64,000 bases of DNA from Methanothrix sp. (GCA_963682135.1 OY821645.1:1376001-1440000); one strand, 5' to 3'. Shown: positions 41,431 to 51,907, counted from the stretch's first letter. Program-made: numbers and translations. The notes: generated by a model from the sequence alone, not told the origin.

Positions 41431-41745
41431 CTAGCAGCGGAACTTAACGCCCCGGTTACTGCGCATGCAGTAGCCAATGGCCAGAATCATCTCCAGGCTG
41501 TAGAAGTCCACCAGCCGCTCAACCTGGCGGATGCCCTCGGTTTGAACTAACCGGAATTTCCGGATAGTTGCCTCTGGGATCTGCTCATGGTCGCTGTAGA
41601 TGTTGATGATATGCTCGCGGATGGTGCGCGTCGATACCTGGTAAAGCTCAGCCAAGAGCCTCGGCTGAGCCAGACGGTACCGTCCTGCAGCCGAACCTGA
41701 ATTCTGGATTTGCCATACTCGGTCTGGTAGAAGATGATCCCATAC
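41431..41745 (-). pseudogene. Frameshifted, truncated RhuM-family (virulence/Fic-associated) gene fragment
   Basis: IIFYQTEYG..RIQVRLQDGTVWLS in one frame; MAELYQ...I.EH..NIY...ATIRKFRLVQTEG.RQV.R....Y.LEMILAIGY in another; then stop. Confidence 0.8.
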
Positions 41746-41953
41746 AGGCGCAACTGCGCCCTAGTTCGAACTAATCGGAATTTCCGAATAGTTGCCCCTT
41801 GAGATAATTTTTGAAAGCTGTAGATGAGGCAGCGGGCTTCGTTGATGGTCGGCACTAACATTAGATAAAAATCAGCCAGAGGCTCAGCCTGCAATTGCCA
41901 GAAAAGAAAGCCTCGCCAAATACTTTACTACAAGTGAGAAACAACTCCGCCCC

Positions 41954-43264
41954 ATGGATCTGGAAGGATTTACCAAGAGGGGCCTGCTGCGTGAGGATCC
42001 CGAGATAAAGTCCAAGCTCATATCACTGATCAGAGAGGTCAAGCGAATACCCGAGGACAAAGCCCTCATCCTGGCGCAGGCGGTCCTGGAGGAAGCAAAG
42101 GCGACGCTGCATCCGAGAGGCGAAGTCTTCCGGCTGGAAGAGGTGGGCGTCACCATGGGCGACTATGGGGTCGGCTCGCGAGGATCAGGCGATTTTTATA
42201 CGCATACCAAGATTGCCGAGGTCATAGGTCGTACCAATGCCGAGGTGGACTCCCGCCAGCTGGACGACTCGGGCGTGGTTAGAGCCAGCGGGGAATTCAT
42301 CACCGTCACGGTAGACGGCATGCACTCCCGCCTCAGCGACTATCCATTCCTGGCTGGATTTCATGTAACTCGCGCCGCTCTTCGCGATGTCTACGTCATG
42401 GGCGCCCGGCCCGTCGCACTTCTCTCCGACGTTCACCTGGCCGATGATGGGGACGTATCCAAGCTCTTCGACCACATCGCCGGCATTGCTACCGTCTCTG
42501 AGCTGATCGGCGTTCCCCTCATCACCGGCAGCACGCTGCGCATCGGCGGAGATATGGTCATCGGCGACCGGCTGACAGGTTGTGTGGGCGCGGTGGGCGT
42601 CTCAAATAAGCTCACGGCCAGAAAAAGCGCCCGTCCAGGAGACGTGATCATGATGAGCGAGGGGGCTGGCGGTGGCACAGTCTGCTCGGCTGCGCTCTAT
42701 TATGATCGGCATGAGGTGGTGGATGAGACGTTGAATATCAAATTCCTGGAGGCCTGCGAGGCTCTGCTCAAGGAGGACCTCACTATTCACGCCATGACCG
42801 ACGTGACCAATGGCGGCATTCGCGGCGACGCCAAGGAGATCTCCTACACGGCGGGAGTGAAGCTGCACTTCGAGGAAGAGAGGATGCGCCGCCTGGTAAA
42901 TCCGCGAGTTCTGGAGATGCTCGACGACTTGCAGATCGACTATCTGGGCGTCTCCATCGATGCCCTGCTCATAATAGCTCCCGAGGAAGAGGCAAAAGAG
43001 ATCGCCAAGACCATTGGCAAAGCCGGCGTGGCGGTGGATGAGATCGGCACAGTTGAAGCAGGAGAGGGCGCATTGCTCCACATGGACGGCAAGGTTACTG
43101 ACTTTTCCCCGCGCTTTAGGGAAGCTGCTTACACGCCCATAAAGAAGGCGATAGGCCAGGACGCGAAAAGAGATGTGGCCGAGATGACTGCAAAAGTCGA
43201 TCGGGCAGCTAGGAATGCTGTGGAGAAAAAGATGAAATTTATTGAGAAGATAAAAAGAAGCTAA
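41954..43264 (+). CDS. AIR synthase-related (PurM/HypE-like) protein
   Basis: DDSG, VDG.HSRL, RDVYVMGARP, HAMTDVTNGG. Confidence 0.85.
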   Translation: MDLEGFTKRGLLREDPEIKSKLISLIREVKRIPEDKALILAQAVLEEAKATLHPRGEVFRLEEVGVTMGDYGVGSRGSGDFYTHTKIAEVIGRTNAEVDSRQLDDSGVVRASGEFITVTVDGMHSRLSDYPFLAGFHVTRAALRDVYVMGARPVALLSDVHLADDGDVSKLFDHIAGIATVSELIGVPLITGSTLRIGGDMVIGDRLTGCVGAVGVSNKLTARKSARPGDVIMMSEGAGGGTVCSAALYYDRHEVVDETLNIKFLEACEALLKEDLTIHAMTDVTNGGIRGDAKEISYTAGVKLHFEEERMRRLVNPRVLEMLDDLQIDYLGVSIDALLIIAPEEEAKEIAKTIGKAGVAVDEIGTVEAGEGALLHMDGKVTDFSPRFREAAYTPIKKAIGQDAKRDVAEMTAKVDRAARNAVEKKMKFIEKIKRS

Positions 43265-43409
43265 TTCAAATTTTTACAAAGTTATTTATTTTTGATACGT
43301 TTACCGAATGTAATAATAATAGTAAAAATTTTTTTTACATAAATAAACTATTTATATCATAACGTACTTCATTTATTGCAAGGGAGCAAAAATAAGGGAG
43401 AAGATAACA

Positions 43410-43799
43410 ATGAAGGAATCGTTCGTAATGAGATTTGACGAAAAAGATATTGAAGTTGTAGAGACTCTGAAAAGCCTGGGAGTGCCAAGAAAAGTCTCCA
43501 ATATGATCGCCTACCTGGCCAGCGGCACAGAGGCCACCTCCCGCGAGATTGAGAGAGGCTCCGATCTGCGCCAGCCGGAGGTGAGCATCGCTCTTCGCAC
43601 GCTTAGAAAGAACAACTGGGTAGAGGAGAAGATGAGCAGGAGCGATGGCACCGGCCGGCCTATGAAGGTCTACCGCCTCAAAGCACCAATTGAAGACATT
43701 CTTCAGCACTATGAGCAGGAAAAGCTCAACGAGGCTAACCAGGCTCTTCAGTCGATACAAAGGCTCAAAGCACTCTTGGGGGAGGCGGGGTCTAGCTAA
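43410..43799 (+). CDS. Winged-HTH transcriptional regulator (COG4738-like)
   Basis: SREIERGSDLRQPEVSIA...GRP.KVYRL. Confidence 0.85.
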   Translation: MKESFVMRFDEKDIEVVETLKSLGVPRKVSNMIAYLASGTEATSREIERGSDLRQPEVSIALRTLRKNNWVEEKMSRSDGTGRPMKVYRLKAPIEDILQHYEQEKLNEANQALQSIQRLKALLGEAGSS

Positions 43800-44226
43800 G
43801 GCTATAAAAATGAGCCAACCTTAAAACATTTTTCTAAAAAAATATATTTTTTATTTCTGAGTGTTTTTGCAAACATATAGACATGTTGCAGCATTATTAT
43901 TAATTGGAATATAAAAATAACTAAGATATGATAATTTGTTATAGATTATTTATTTAGTGTGCATCTCAGGACAGAGGTATTGAGAGTATATAGCTTCAAT
44001 GATAAACAGCGGCAGGCGAATACTTAATCCAAAATAGTTTTAAGTTGAGCGACTGAAAAATAATGCAGAGCCGCTTTCAATTACCAAAAAAATCTTCACG
44101 ATGGTGATATATAGAAGAAAAACCTAATATAAATCTAAAGCAAACTCCGGGCATTGTGTGACATTGCTCCAGATGAAGCAGCAAGCAAATCGGATATTAG
44201 CTAGCTTATATGTAGGTAGTGATTCA

Positions 44227-44724
44227 TTGACGGTCATAGAAGAGTCTATTCATCGAGCATATCTAAACAAGCTTGTAGGGGAAGACGGCTTAAGAATTGT
44301 GGAATGCATACCAGGCGAAGAGATCACTGACGAGAAGCTGGCAGAGCTTACCGGCATCAGCCTGAATACAGTTAGACGCACCCTTTACCTGCTTTACGAA
44401 CACAGGCTGGCCATATATCGACGCAAGCGCGATCCTGATTCCGGCTGGCTCACCTATTTGTGGCAATTATGTCCCGAAAATTTTGAGAAGGCACTGGAAT
44501 CGGAAGCTAAAAGGCTACTGCGCAAATTAGACGAAAGGCTGGCCTATGAGAAGGAAAACATATTTTATGCCTGCACAGAAGGCTGCGCCCGGTTCATCTT
44601 CGACGAAGCGAGCGAGGCTAATTTCATCTGTCCCTTCTGTCAGGGGAGCCTCGAATTTATGGAGAATGCCAAAGTAGTGGAGACCATAGAAAAACAGATG
44701 ATTGAATTAAAAGCTTGCTTATAG
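44227..44724 (+). CDS. tfe: Transcription factor E (probable TTG start at 44227)
   Basis: TDE.LAE.TGI.LN.VRR.LY.L, GWLTYLW; Zn ribbon C...C..CPFC. Confidence 0.9.
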   Translation: MTVIEESIHRAYLNKLVGEDGLRIVECIPGEEITDEKLAELTGISLNTVRRTLYLLYEHRLAIYRRKRDPDSGWLTYLWQLCPENFEKALESEAKRLLRKLDERLAYEKENIFYACTEGCARFIFDEASEANFICPFCQGSLEFMENAKVVETIEKQMIELKACL

Positions 44725-45120
44725 GTTTTCCAGGTTGTTGCCAAGAATCGCCGTCCACCACCAACGAGCCATGTCCATAAGATCGCGGCTGAACACCCCG
44801 GAGAGCCGGTACTCTCCGCCCTTGTTTGTTATCAGGCCCGCACCTAGTAGCTTGTTTCTCATGGCATAGAAAGCAGATCGACTAACATCGAGATCAATCA
44901 GAAGCTGCTCCCACTCCTCCGTCTTTAATGGATCGCCACCCTTCTGGCGATCCTCCACAATTGACAGGAATTTCCGTCCGCGAAGTGCCGTGGTTTCTTC
45001 CTGAAAAAGGCGAAGCATTAGCTCATGATACGGATCACGAGAGCGGCTTATTGCGTATTCTGATTTAGAGCGGACCTTGAGTGTTGTGGCAGTCCGGGGA
45101 GCGGTCTTAACATTGGTCAT
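44719..45120 (-). CDS. Conserved hypothetical protein (wHTH-like)
   Basis: 133-aa ORF coupled to upstream gene (ATGA overlap); FY.MRNKL.GAGLI. Confidence 0.75.
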   Translation of the reverse strand: MTNVKTAPRTATTLKVRSKSEYAISRSRDPYHELMLRLFQEETTALRGRKFLSIVEDRQKGGDPLKTEEWEQLLIDLDVSRSAFYAMRNKLLGAGLITNKGGEYRLSGVFSRDLMDMARWWWTAILGNNLENL

Positions 45121-45449
45121 AGGCTGGCCAGAACTGCTCGGGCTATATCTGCATATTCATCCCTTAAAACATAGCTCATGGGAGCACGATATGACTTTTT
45201 ATTGACATGTAATATTCCCAGACGTGAACAAATGTAGCCGATCATGGAGGCTACCACCTTCTTGGAAACATCAATCTTCTTGCATACGCTTTCATGAATA
45301 GAGGCTACCGTAAACTCCTTAGCATCAACTATCGACTCAAGAACAACACGCCTCAGGCCATCTGTGTCCAGATTGAGGAACTGGATCATCCGGCCCAATA
45401 TCTCGGACCTCTGCGGTTTCATTGTACCCCTCCAAGACTTATCCCCCAT
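45117..45449 (-). CDS. DUF2551-like protein
   Basis: D..GLRR.VL, VASMIG....RLGIL. Confidence 0.75.
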   Translation of the reverse strand: MGDKSWRGTMKPQRSEILGRMIQFLNLDTDGLRRVVLESIVDAKEFTVASIHESVCKKIDVSKKVVASMIGYICSRLGILHVNKKSYRAPMSYVLRDEYADIARAVLASL

Positions 45450-45605
45450 ACATTCGGCATTACTTTAGTAATACGTATAATATATACTTTACTATATGAT
45501 CCAACGCTTTAATTCCGGTTCATCGGAAACCTTAATTGCATCGCCATGAGCTTAAGCTGGCTGACGATTATTTACGAGGATAAACAGCTTGCGGTCTGGA
45601 ATAAT

Positions 45606-46328
45606 ATGATTGAAGATGAAAATGCAAAGGCAGAAGCATACTATGCCCTGGGAAATTACGAGGAGGCACTCTCCATCTGGGAGAAGGCGGATGGAGCCGT
45701 CCCATGTAGCTTCGCCTTGTGCTTTCAAAAAGCAGCGGCCCTGCGAAAGCTTGGCAGGTACGATGAGGCGGCAGCAGTCCTGGAGAAGGCTCTGCAGCTC
45801 GAACCTGAAAATGCTGATGCCAGGAGGGCTTATGCCTGGGTCTGCTGCCAGCTGGAGAGAAATGCGGATGCAGTGGCATCCTGTGAAAAAGCCATAGCCC
45901 TCGATCCGCACAATGCCAGAACCTGGATAGTAAGAGGCTTTGCCCTGCACCGATTGGGAAAATATGAGAAAGCGGTGGAAAGCTATGCCCGAGCCATTCT
46001 GTGCAATCCGTTCGGTCCGGATGGCAGAAGGGCCTGGAACAACCGGGGCGCAGCTCTGGACAATCTCAATAGACATGAAGAGGCGATTGACAGCTATGAT
46101 GAGGCTCTGCTGATCGATCCTTTCGACATCTATGCCTGGAACAACAAAGGTGTGGCCTTAGGTGTTTTGGCCAGGCACGAAGAGGCCATAAGCTGCTTCC
46201 TAAAGGCCATACAGATCGAGCCGGAATATGCAACTGCCTGGAAGAATCTGGGGGTAGCCTACCAATCACTGCATCGTAACGATGAGGCAGAAGAAGCTTT
46301 TAGGCGAGCTGGGGAATTGGGGCTCTGA
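45606..46328 (+). CDS. TPR-repeat protein (start 45606 or 45546)
   Basis: AWNNRG, AWNNKG and AWKNLG TPR motifs. Confidence 0.88.
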   Translation: MIEDENAKAEAYYALGNYEEALSIWEKADGAVPCSFALCFQKAAALRKLGRYDEAAAVLEKALQLEPENADARRAYAWVCCQLERNADAVASCEKAIALDPHNARTWIVRGFALHRLGKYEKAVESYARAILCNPFGPDGRRAWNNRGAALDNLNRHEEAIDSYDEALLIDPFDIYAWNNKGVALGVLARHEEAISCFLKAIQIEPEYATAWKNLGVAYQSLHRNDEAEEAFRRAGELGL

Positions 46329-46340
46329 TTGGCGATGGAC

Positions 46341-46856
46341 CTATCTCTTGCCAGACAGGGCGAGAGCAATCTCGTCGACGAGAGAGTCTCGATTCTCTCG
46401 GGTTACGGTTATCACCTCAAATGTACTGCGAATTTTCTTGGCCAGGCGGTGATTGGACCACTCGTGCAGCACAACAAGCATGGGCCGGGATGAGGCAATG
46501 GCATTCTCCACGGCTGAGACAAACCTGTGACTGGTAAGCTCCATTGGACCCACCTCGTCCACCACGATCAGCTCGCACTTCAGGGCGTTTTCTATGGCCT
46601 TTGCACCGAGGCCATCCAGGTCTTCCGGGTGGACACGGTACTTGCCAAGTTGCGGCCCGCTGCCCGTCTCATCGGCTAGCATGCCCACCGCGCCCGAGGC
46701 AAGATCGAGCAGCTCAAAGCCTATGCGCCGATCCTTGTAACGCTTATCCCGCGCCAGCACTCCTCCCACCCGCATACCTGTGCGGGTGGTCACTTTCCCA
46801 ACCAATGTGGATTTGCCAATGCCGGGCGATCCGGTAACTGCTATCCTAGACACCAT
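46341..46856 (-). CDS. THEP1-type nucleoside triphosphatase
   Basis: VTGSPGIGKST, R.GF, GKY.V, VDEVGPME. Confidence 0.9.
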   Translation of the reverse strand: MVSRIAVTGSPGIGKSTLVGKVTTRTGMRVGGVLARDKRYKDRRIGFELLDLASGAVGMLADETGSGPQLGKYRVHPEDLDGLGAKAIENALKCELIVVDEVGPMELTSHRFVSAVENAIASSRPMLVVLHEWSNHRLAKKIRSTFEVITVTRENRDSLVDEIALALSGKR

Positions 46857-47292
46857 ATTGCTCCCTCATCTTTTCCGCGTAACGACTAAGGCTCTCTACG
46901 TCCTTTATCTCTTTCTTGACCAGTTTTCCAAGCCGGCATCGAATCTCTTTGTCCGGTCGCGAGCCAACGGAGCGTAGATGCAACTCGATTGCCTTGCACA
47001 TCTCATCACCTTTCCGATCCCAATCGGTAAGGAGTATGATCTGAGAATAACTGCGAGCTGCCTCCTCTGCCAGCTCAAGCGCCGGTCGGCGGGATGCCAA
47101 GATCACGGGCCCAGGCAGACCCAGAGCACGCAAGGCCTGCAAGTCGCGCCTTCCTTCCACAATGACGGCGGCACCCTGGTAGGAAGCATCAATAAGTGAA
47201 GCGATCAGCTCCTCCAGTGCCTCCAGATCATAAGTCCTCTTGGGACGTATCTCCTGCAGAGCTCTACCCCAAGCCATATCTCTCCCAATCAT
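46846..47292 (-). CDS. Small TOPRIM-domain protein
   Basis: IVEGRRD..AL..LG, LTDWDRKG. Confidence 0.85.
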   Translation of the reverse strand: MIGRDMAWGRALQEIRPKRTYDLEALEELIASLIDASYQGAAVIVEGRRDLQALRALGLPGPVILASRRPALELAEEAARSYSQIILLTDWDRKGDEMCKAIELHLRSVGSRPDKEIRCRLGKLVKKEIKDVESLSRYAEKMREQYGV

Positions 47293-47603
47293 CTCATTTT
47301 CTGCATTAATACCGAGACGGCTTCACCCGCGGCCATTCCTTTTACCAGGAGAAGCTTTCTGGCGCTCTTCTGGCCGCTCAAGACCGCAATCCTTGCTTCA
47401 CAAATGCCAAGCGTTCGGGCCAGCTCCTCGGCAAGCTGCCGATTGGCCCGCCCTCGCGACGGCTCCTCTGTCAGATGAGCTTCGACGGATCTTCGCCAGG
47501 GATTGTAGCCGGAGGGCACAGCCAGCCGGGAGGAACCGGGCACCACCTCAAAGCTTATGGTGCAGCCCAGTGGATGAGATTTAACCGCCTCACAAATGTT
47601 CAT
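47289..47603 (-). CDS. DUF167 (YggU) family protein
   Basis: V.PG, P..GRAN..L, I..G.KS..K. Confidence 0.85.
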   Translation of the reverse strand: MNICEAVKSHPLGCTISFEVVPGSSRLAVPSGYNPWRRSVEAHLTEEPSRGRANRQLAEELARTLGICEARIAVLSGQKSARKLLLVKGMAAGEAVSVLMQKMR

Positions 47604-47692
47604 CGCTGCTAAAAAGTGGTGTCCTGGAGCTTAAAGCTTATGTTTTTGGCAAAAAGTTAAAATAGCGTCAGCGACGAAATGAAAGAGGTTCG

Positions 47693-49039
47693 ATGGAGAT
47701 CAAGAAAGTCGTCGTCCCAGCAGGTTATTCTCTGCTGGCAGGATCCATTCTTCCCGGCTTGGAGCAGCTTGGCCTGCAAATCTGCGACCAATTGCCAAAC
47801 CCAGGAAAGGATTGCCTTTTAATATGCGACCCAGGATATGTTACAATACCTGAAGGCTCACTGTTTATTCGCCTGGCTTTGGCGAATGGAAGTGCCGTTT
47901 TATTGGACAATGCCAACTGCTCATCCACATTGGAAGAGATCACGCAAACGAAGGCTCTTTCTCAAGAGACCAGAAATAACCTGGAAGCAGCCGTCCTTTT
48001 CAGATGTCTGCAAAGCGACTCAGAGCGACTTTCCGCCCTTCAGGCTGGCACGAACGCCATGCCTCGCTATGCCGCCACAGCCTATGAGAAAGTACAGGAC
48101 CTTCGTTATGGCGAGAACTGGCATCAAAAGGCTGCACTCTACAGCAAGCAAAATGGCCTGGGCCTGCAGGCCGCCAGGAAGCTGAATGGACGGGAGATGT
48201 CCTATAACAACATGGTCGATGCAGAAACGGTACTTGAGATGCTCATCGACCTATCGGAGTACGACGGCGTCACGGCTGGAACGCCACTCTCCGTAATTGT
48301 AAAGCATGCCAATCCCTGCGGCGTGGCCTATGGCAATAGTCTTGCTGATGCCTATCGTCTCTCTTTTGCCACCGACCCCAAATCCGCTTTTGGGGGCGTT
48401 ATAGGATTTAATCGGCCGGTGGACGCAGACACCGCTCGCGCCATCGGCGACAGCTTCGTAGAGGTGCTGCTGGCCCCAGGATACGAGCCTGAGGCCCTGA
48501 AGCTGCTCATGGAAAAAAAGCCCAATCGCAGAATATTAGATATTGGAGATCTGCTGGCCCGAAAGGACGAACTTTATCAAGGATTTTATCAAAGGAACAT
48601 CTTTGGAGGCATGATGCTCCAGAATTATGATACCGGAGATCTTCAGGAATGGAAAGTTGTAACCAAGAGGGCCCCCACTGAATGGGAGAGCAAAGCCCTC
48701 CGATTTGCCTGGAAAGTCTCCAAATATGTCAAATCCAATGCCCTGGTTTATACCACCGACTGCCAGACCATCGGCATAGGATCGGGCCAGGTGAGCCGGG
48801 TGGATTCGGCGCGTTTCGGTGCGGAAAAGGCAGAAGAGCACGGGCTTAACACCAGAGGGACGGTCGCAGCCACTGATTCATTCTTCCCCTTCAGAGACGG
48901 CCTGGATCAAACCTTCCAGGCAGGAGCCGTTGCCGTAATTCATCCCGGCGGGTCCATACGGGATGCAGAGGTAATTGATGCCGCCAATGAGCACAACATG
49001 GCCATGGTCTTTACCGGCATGCGCCATTTCAGACATTAA
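47693..49039 (+). CDS. purH: PurH-like AICAR transformylase with degenerate IMP-cyclohydrolase domain
   Basis: LRYGEN.HQ.A, SYNN..D, KHANPCG, SAFGG, KSNA, G.GQ.SR, FFPF.D, RHFRH; N-terminal IMPCH motifs absent. Confidence 0.88.
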   Translation: MEIKKVVVPAGYSLLAGSILPGLEQLGLQICDQLPNPGKDCLLICDPGYVTIPEGSLFIRLALANGSAVLLDNANCSSTLEEITQTKALSQETRNNLEAAVLFRCLQSDSERLSALQAGTNAMPRYAATAYEKVQDLRYGENWHQKAALYSKQNGLGLQAARKLNGREMSYNNMVDAETVLEMLIDLSEYDGVTAGTPLSVIVKHANPCGVAYGNSLADAYRLSFATDPKSAFGGVIGFNRPVDADTARAIGDSFVEVLLAPGYEPEALKLLMEKKPNRRILDIGDLLARKDELYQGFYQRNIFGGMMLQNYDTGDLQEWKVVTKRAPTEWESKALRFAWKVSKYVKSNALVYTTDCQTIGIGSGQVSRVDSARFGAEKAEEHGLNTRGTVAATDSFFPFRDGLDQTFQAGAVAVIHPGGSIRDAEVIDAANEHNMAMVFTGMRHFRH

Positions 49040-50510
49040 ATCTCCCAGCAAAAAAACTCCCAGCATTATTTTCACGCTTCTAGCTATTGCCATTTTCATT
49101 TTCATACCATTTTATCCCGCCAGTGCAAGCATTATCCAGGCAGGTGCCGATATCCAGACGGCCATAAACTCAGCCAAAGCAGGAGACACGATAATAGTAG
49201 GTCCCGGAGAAGTAAGCCGTTTCCAGGTGGACCGGCCGCTAACCATTGAGGGACGGGGCCTTCCAATCGTCAATGCCGCTCTACAAAAACCGGCTATAAA
49301 AGTGCTCAGCGACGACGTCACCATCACGGGATTTCGCATCATCGGCATAGGCAAGGACACCACTGCTAAGTTCAATTACTACATGCAAAATCCGACTGAG
49401 GCAGCGGGGAGTAGCTTCGATGAGCCCAATTCGGCCGTAGTTGTAATGGGCAACGGCTTTTCTCTGAAAAATTGCAGCATATTTGGAGCGCAGCTGGCAG
49501 TTTCTGCGGAAAATGTACGGGACCTGGCCATTCAGAACACAACCATAGAAGGCTGCGATACGGGAGCTTCCATCCTGCAAAGTGCCCAGGTAAGAGTTAC
49601 TGCCTGCCGCATTACCAACTGCAGGAAATACGGGCTTGATATTGAAAAGTCAAGCGATGTGATGCTTGACAATAACAGCATTGTGAACAACACCAACATA
49701 GGAATACTGCTCAAGGAGACGGACGAAGACATTGTAGTGGATAATATCTTCTCCATGAACACCTTTGGACTCTCCCTCTGGAATGCTTCATATAATCAGA
49801 TAAGAAGAAATCGGGCTGATCATAATTATTACGGAATACTGGTGACTGCCTCATCCAACTACAACAACCTGACCGATAATCTGGCAGAAGATAACAGTAG
49901 AAGCGAAATCGTGAGCGGATTTGGCATAGGCATCAGCTTGCAGGAGAATAGCAGCCACAACATGCTGATTCGAAACACAGCTAAAGGCAACTACAATGGT
50001 CTGGAGATATCAAAAGGCTGCAAGTATAATGCCGTCTATGATAACAATGCCTCGGACAATAAACACGGCATAAGGCTCAACGAGAACCGCAATAACCTTA
50101 TCTTCGCAAACAACTTCTATAGAAACGATATCAATGCCTATGAGAATACCAGCCTCAATATATGGAATACCACTATAGGCAACTACTACAACGATTATCA
50201 GGGCAAAGATGGAAATAATGATGGCATAGGCGATCAGCCCTATTCTCTTCCCGGACCCGAGTCGCATTCCTTTGACTATAGGCCCTTCATCCGTCCTTAC
50301 CGGGAAGCAGTACTTAACAGCACGCAGATAAGAGATGAAGTTAAGAAATATGCCGTGTATGGGCCTGCTGATTATGAATATCCCACTATTAGCAAACAAA
50401 ATGGTGTCATGGTGATATCTCGTAAAACACCCAGCACCCCGCCCAAATGGACGGACTCGCGGGCCTTTGATGCCAGCGCACCGCCCTTTCAAAAAGAGAA
50501 TAGTTTCTAG
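48975..50510 (+). CDS. Secreted NosD/parallel beta-helix protein (start uncertain; overlaps purH)
   Basis: IQ.AINSA..GDTI.V.PG; Asn-rich GI.L..S..N repeats; GNY..DY.G.D.N.DGIGD.PY. Confidence 0.85.
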   Translation: MMPPMSTTWPWSLPACAISDIKSPSKKTPSIIFTLLAIAIFIFIPFYPASASIIQAGADIQTAINSAKAGDTIIVGPGEVSRFQVDRPLTIEGRGLPIVNAALQKPAIKVLSDDVTITGFRIIGIGKDTTAKFNYYMQNPTEAAGSSFDEPNSAVVVMGNGFSLKNCSIFGAQLAVSAENVRDLAIQNTTIEGCDTGASILQSAQVRVTACRITNCRKYGLDIEKSSDVMLDNNSIVNNTNIGILLKETDEDIVVDNIFSMNTFGLSLWNASYNQIRRNRADHNYYGILVTASSNYNNLTDNLAEDNSRSEIVSGFGIGISLQENSSHNMLIRNTAKGNYNGLEISKGCKYNAVYDNNASDNKHGIRLNENRNNLIFANNFYRNDINAYENTSLNIWNTTIGNYYNDYQGKDGNNDGIGDQPYSLPGPESHSFDYRPFIRPYREAVLNSTQIRDEVKKYAVYGPADYEYPTISKQNGVMVISRKTPSTPPKWTDSRAFDASAPPFQKENSF

Positions 50511-50707
50511 CTGATGCTGCAATGATTTTAGATTAGGTTATCATAGCGACAGTCGCTCACGCGTACCCCCGCATTTGCGAGGGACGTGCAAGCGTTCTCA
50601 CCCACAATCCACGCTGCGCATTAACGTGAGCGGTGCGAAAATAATTCCATTCTGCAAAAGATTGATCTTCCAGAACCGCCACCTCCCCACAAGAATAGGT
50701 GCGAAGC

Positions 50708-51907
50708 ATGATTCATACCGAGGCCATAGAAAAGGCGAAGGACCACTTCGCCAGGCTGCTGGAGGAGCAGCTCCTACGCGTTGATCAGATTAAGGCGGGA
50801 GATACTTGGGTTGACTACAGCAAACTGCACCCCCTCATCATCGGCGTGGTGGGCGGCGACGGCATCGGCCCCTACATCACAGAGCAAGCGGTTCGCGTCC
50901 TGAAGTATGTTCTGGCAAAGGAAATCGCGGAAGGAAAGGTAGAGCTGCGTGACATTCCCGGCCTGGATATCGAGTCGCGGGTCAAAGTGATGAAGGCCCT
51001 GCCGCAGTCCGTCCTGGCGGCGCTAAAAGAGTGCCACGTCATCCTCAAGGGCCCCCTCACCACGCCCAAAAAGGGTGACAAGTGGCCCAACCTGGAGAGC
51101 GCCAATGTCTCCATGCGCCGTGAGCTGGACCTCTTCGCCAACGTCCGTCCCGTCAAGGTTCCCGAGAAGGGCATCGACTGGATCTTCTACAGGGAGAACA
51201 CCGAGGGCGAGTATGTCCTGGGAAGCAAAGGCTACAATGTCACCGACGATCTGGCGGTGGACTTCAAGGTAATAACCACTCCCGGCGCAGAGAGGATTGT
51301 GCGCCTGGCTTTTGAGTATGCCAAGAAGAACGGCATCAAAAGGGTCTCGGCGGTCACCAAGGCCAACGTTATCAAGGCCACGGACGGCAAATTCCTGGAG
51401 ACGGCCCGGCGTGTCGCCCGGGAATACCCGGACATTGCCTTTGATGACTGGTTTGTGGACATAATGGCAGCCAAGCTGGTGGATGAGAAGCGCAGGAAGG
51501 ATTTCAAGGTCATAGTGCTGCCCAATCTCTACGGCGACATCCTTACCGACGAGGCAGCCGAGTTTCAGGGCGGCGTGGGCACAGCAGGAAGCGCCAACAT
51601 CGGCAAGCGTTATGCCATGTTTGAGGCCATCCACGGTTCCGCTCCGCGCATGGTAGAGGAAGGCAGAGCAATCTATGCCGATCCGGCCAGCATGATGCGA
51701 GCCAGCGTCATGCTGCTGCGCCATATCGGCTTTGTGAGCCATGCGGCCAGAATGGAGAATGCACTCGATATCTGCGGCCAGTTGGAGAGAAAGGTTGTCC
51801 TCACCGGCAGATCCGATGGGGCAACTGGAGCACAGTATGCTGATTATGTCATGCAGACCCTTCAGGACCCCAATCTGGAGAGCCGCGCCGGGGAGGGCAA
51901 GCTTTAG
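50708..51907 (+). CDS. Isocitrate/isopropylmalate dehydrogenase family protein
   Basis: GGDGIGP, LKGPLTTP, R..LDLFANVRP, RENTEG, PNLYGDILTD, FEAIHGSAP. Confidence 0.9.
   Translation: MIHTEAIEKAKDHFARLLEEQLLRVDQIKAGDTWVDYSKLHPLIIGVVGGDGIGPYITEQAVRVLKYVLAKEIAEGKVELRDIPGLDIESRVKVMKALPQSVLAALKECHVILKGPLTTPKKGDKWPNLESANVSMRRELDLFANVRPVKVPEKGIDWIFYRENTEGEYVLGSKGYNVTDDLAVDFKVITTPGAERIVRLAFEYAKKNGIKRVSAVTKANVIKATDGKFLETARRVAREYPDIAFDDWFVDIMAAKLVDEKRRKDFKVIVLPNLYGDILTDEAAEFQGGVGTAGSANIGKRYAMFEAIHGSAPRMVEEGRAIYADPASMMRASVMLLRHIGFVSHAARMENALDICGQLERKVVLTGRSDGATGAQYADYVMQTLQDPNLESRAGEGKL

Noticed and set aside
43800-44220. Long AT-rich intergenic region before tfe as a replication origin or foreign DNA
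   Set aside because: No ORB-like repeats or cdc6 nearby; consistent with terminator plus promoter sequence.
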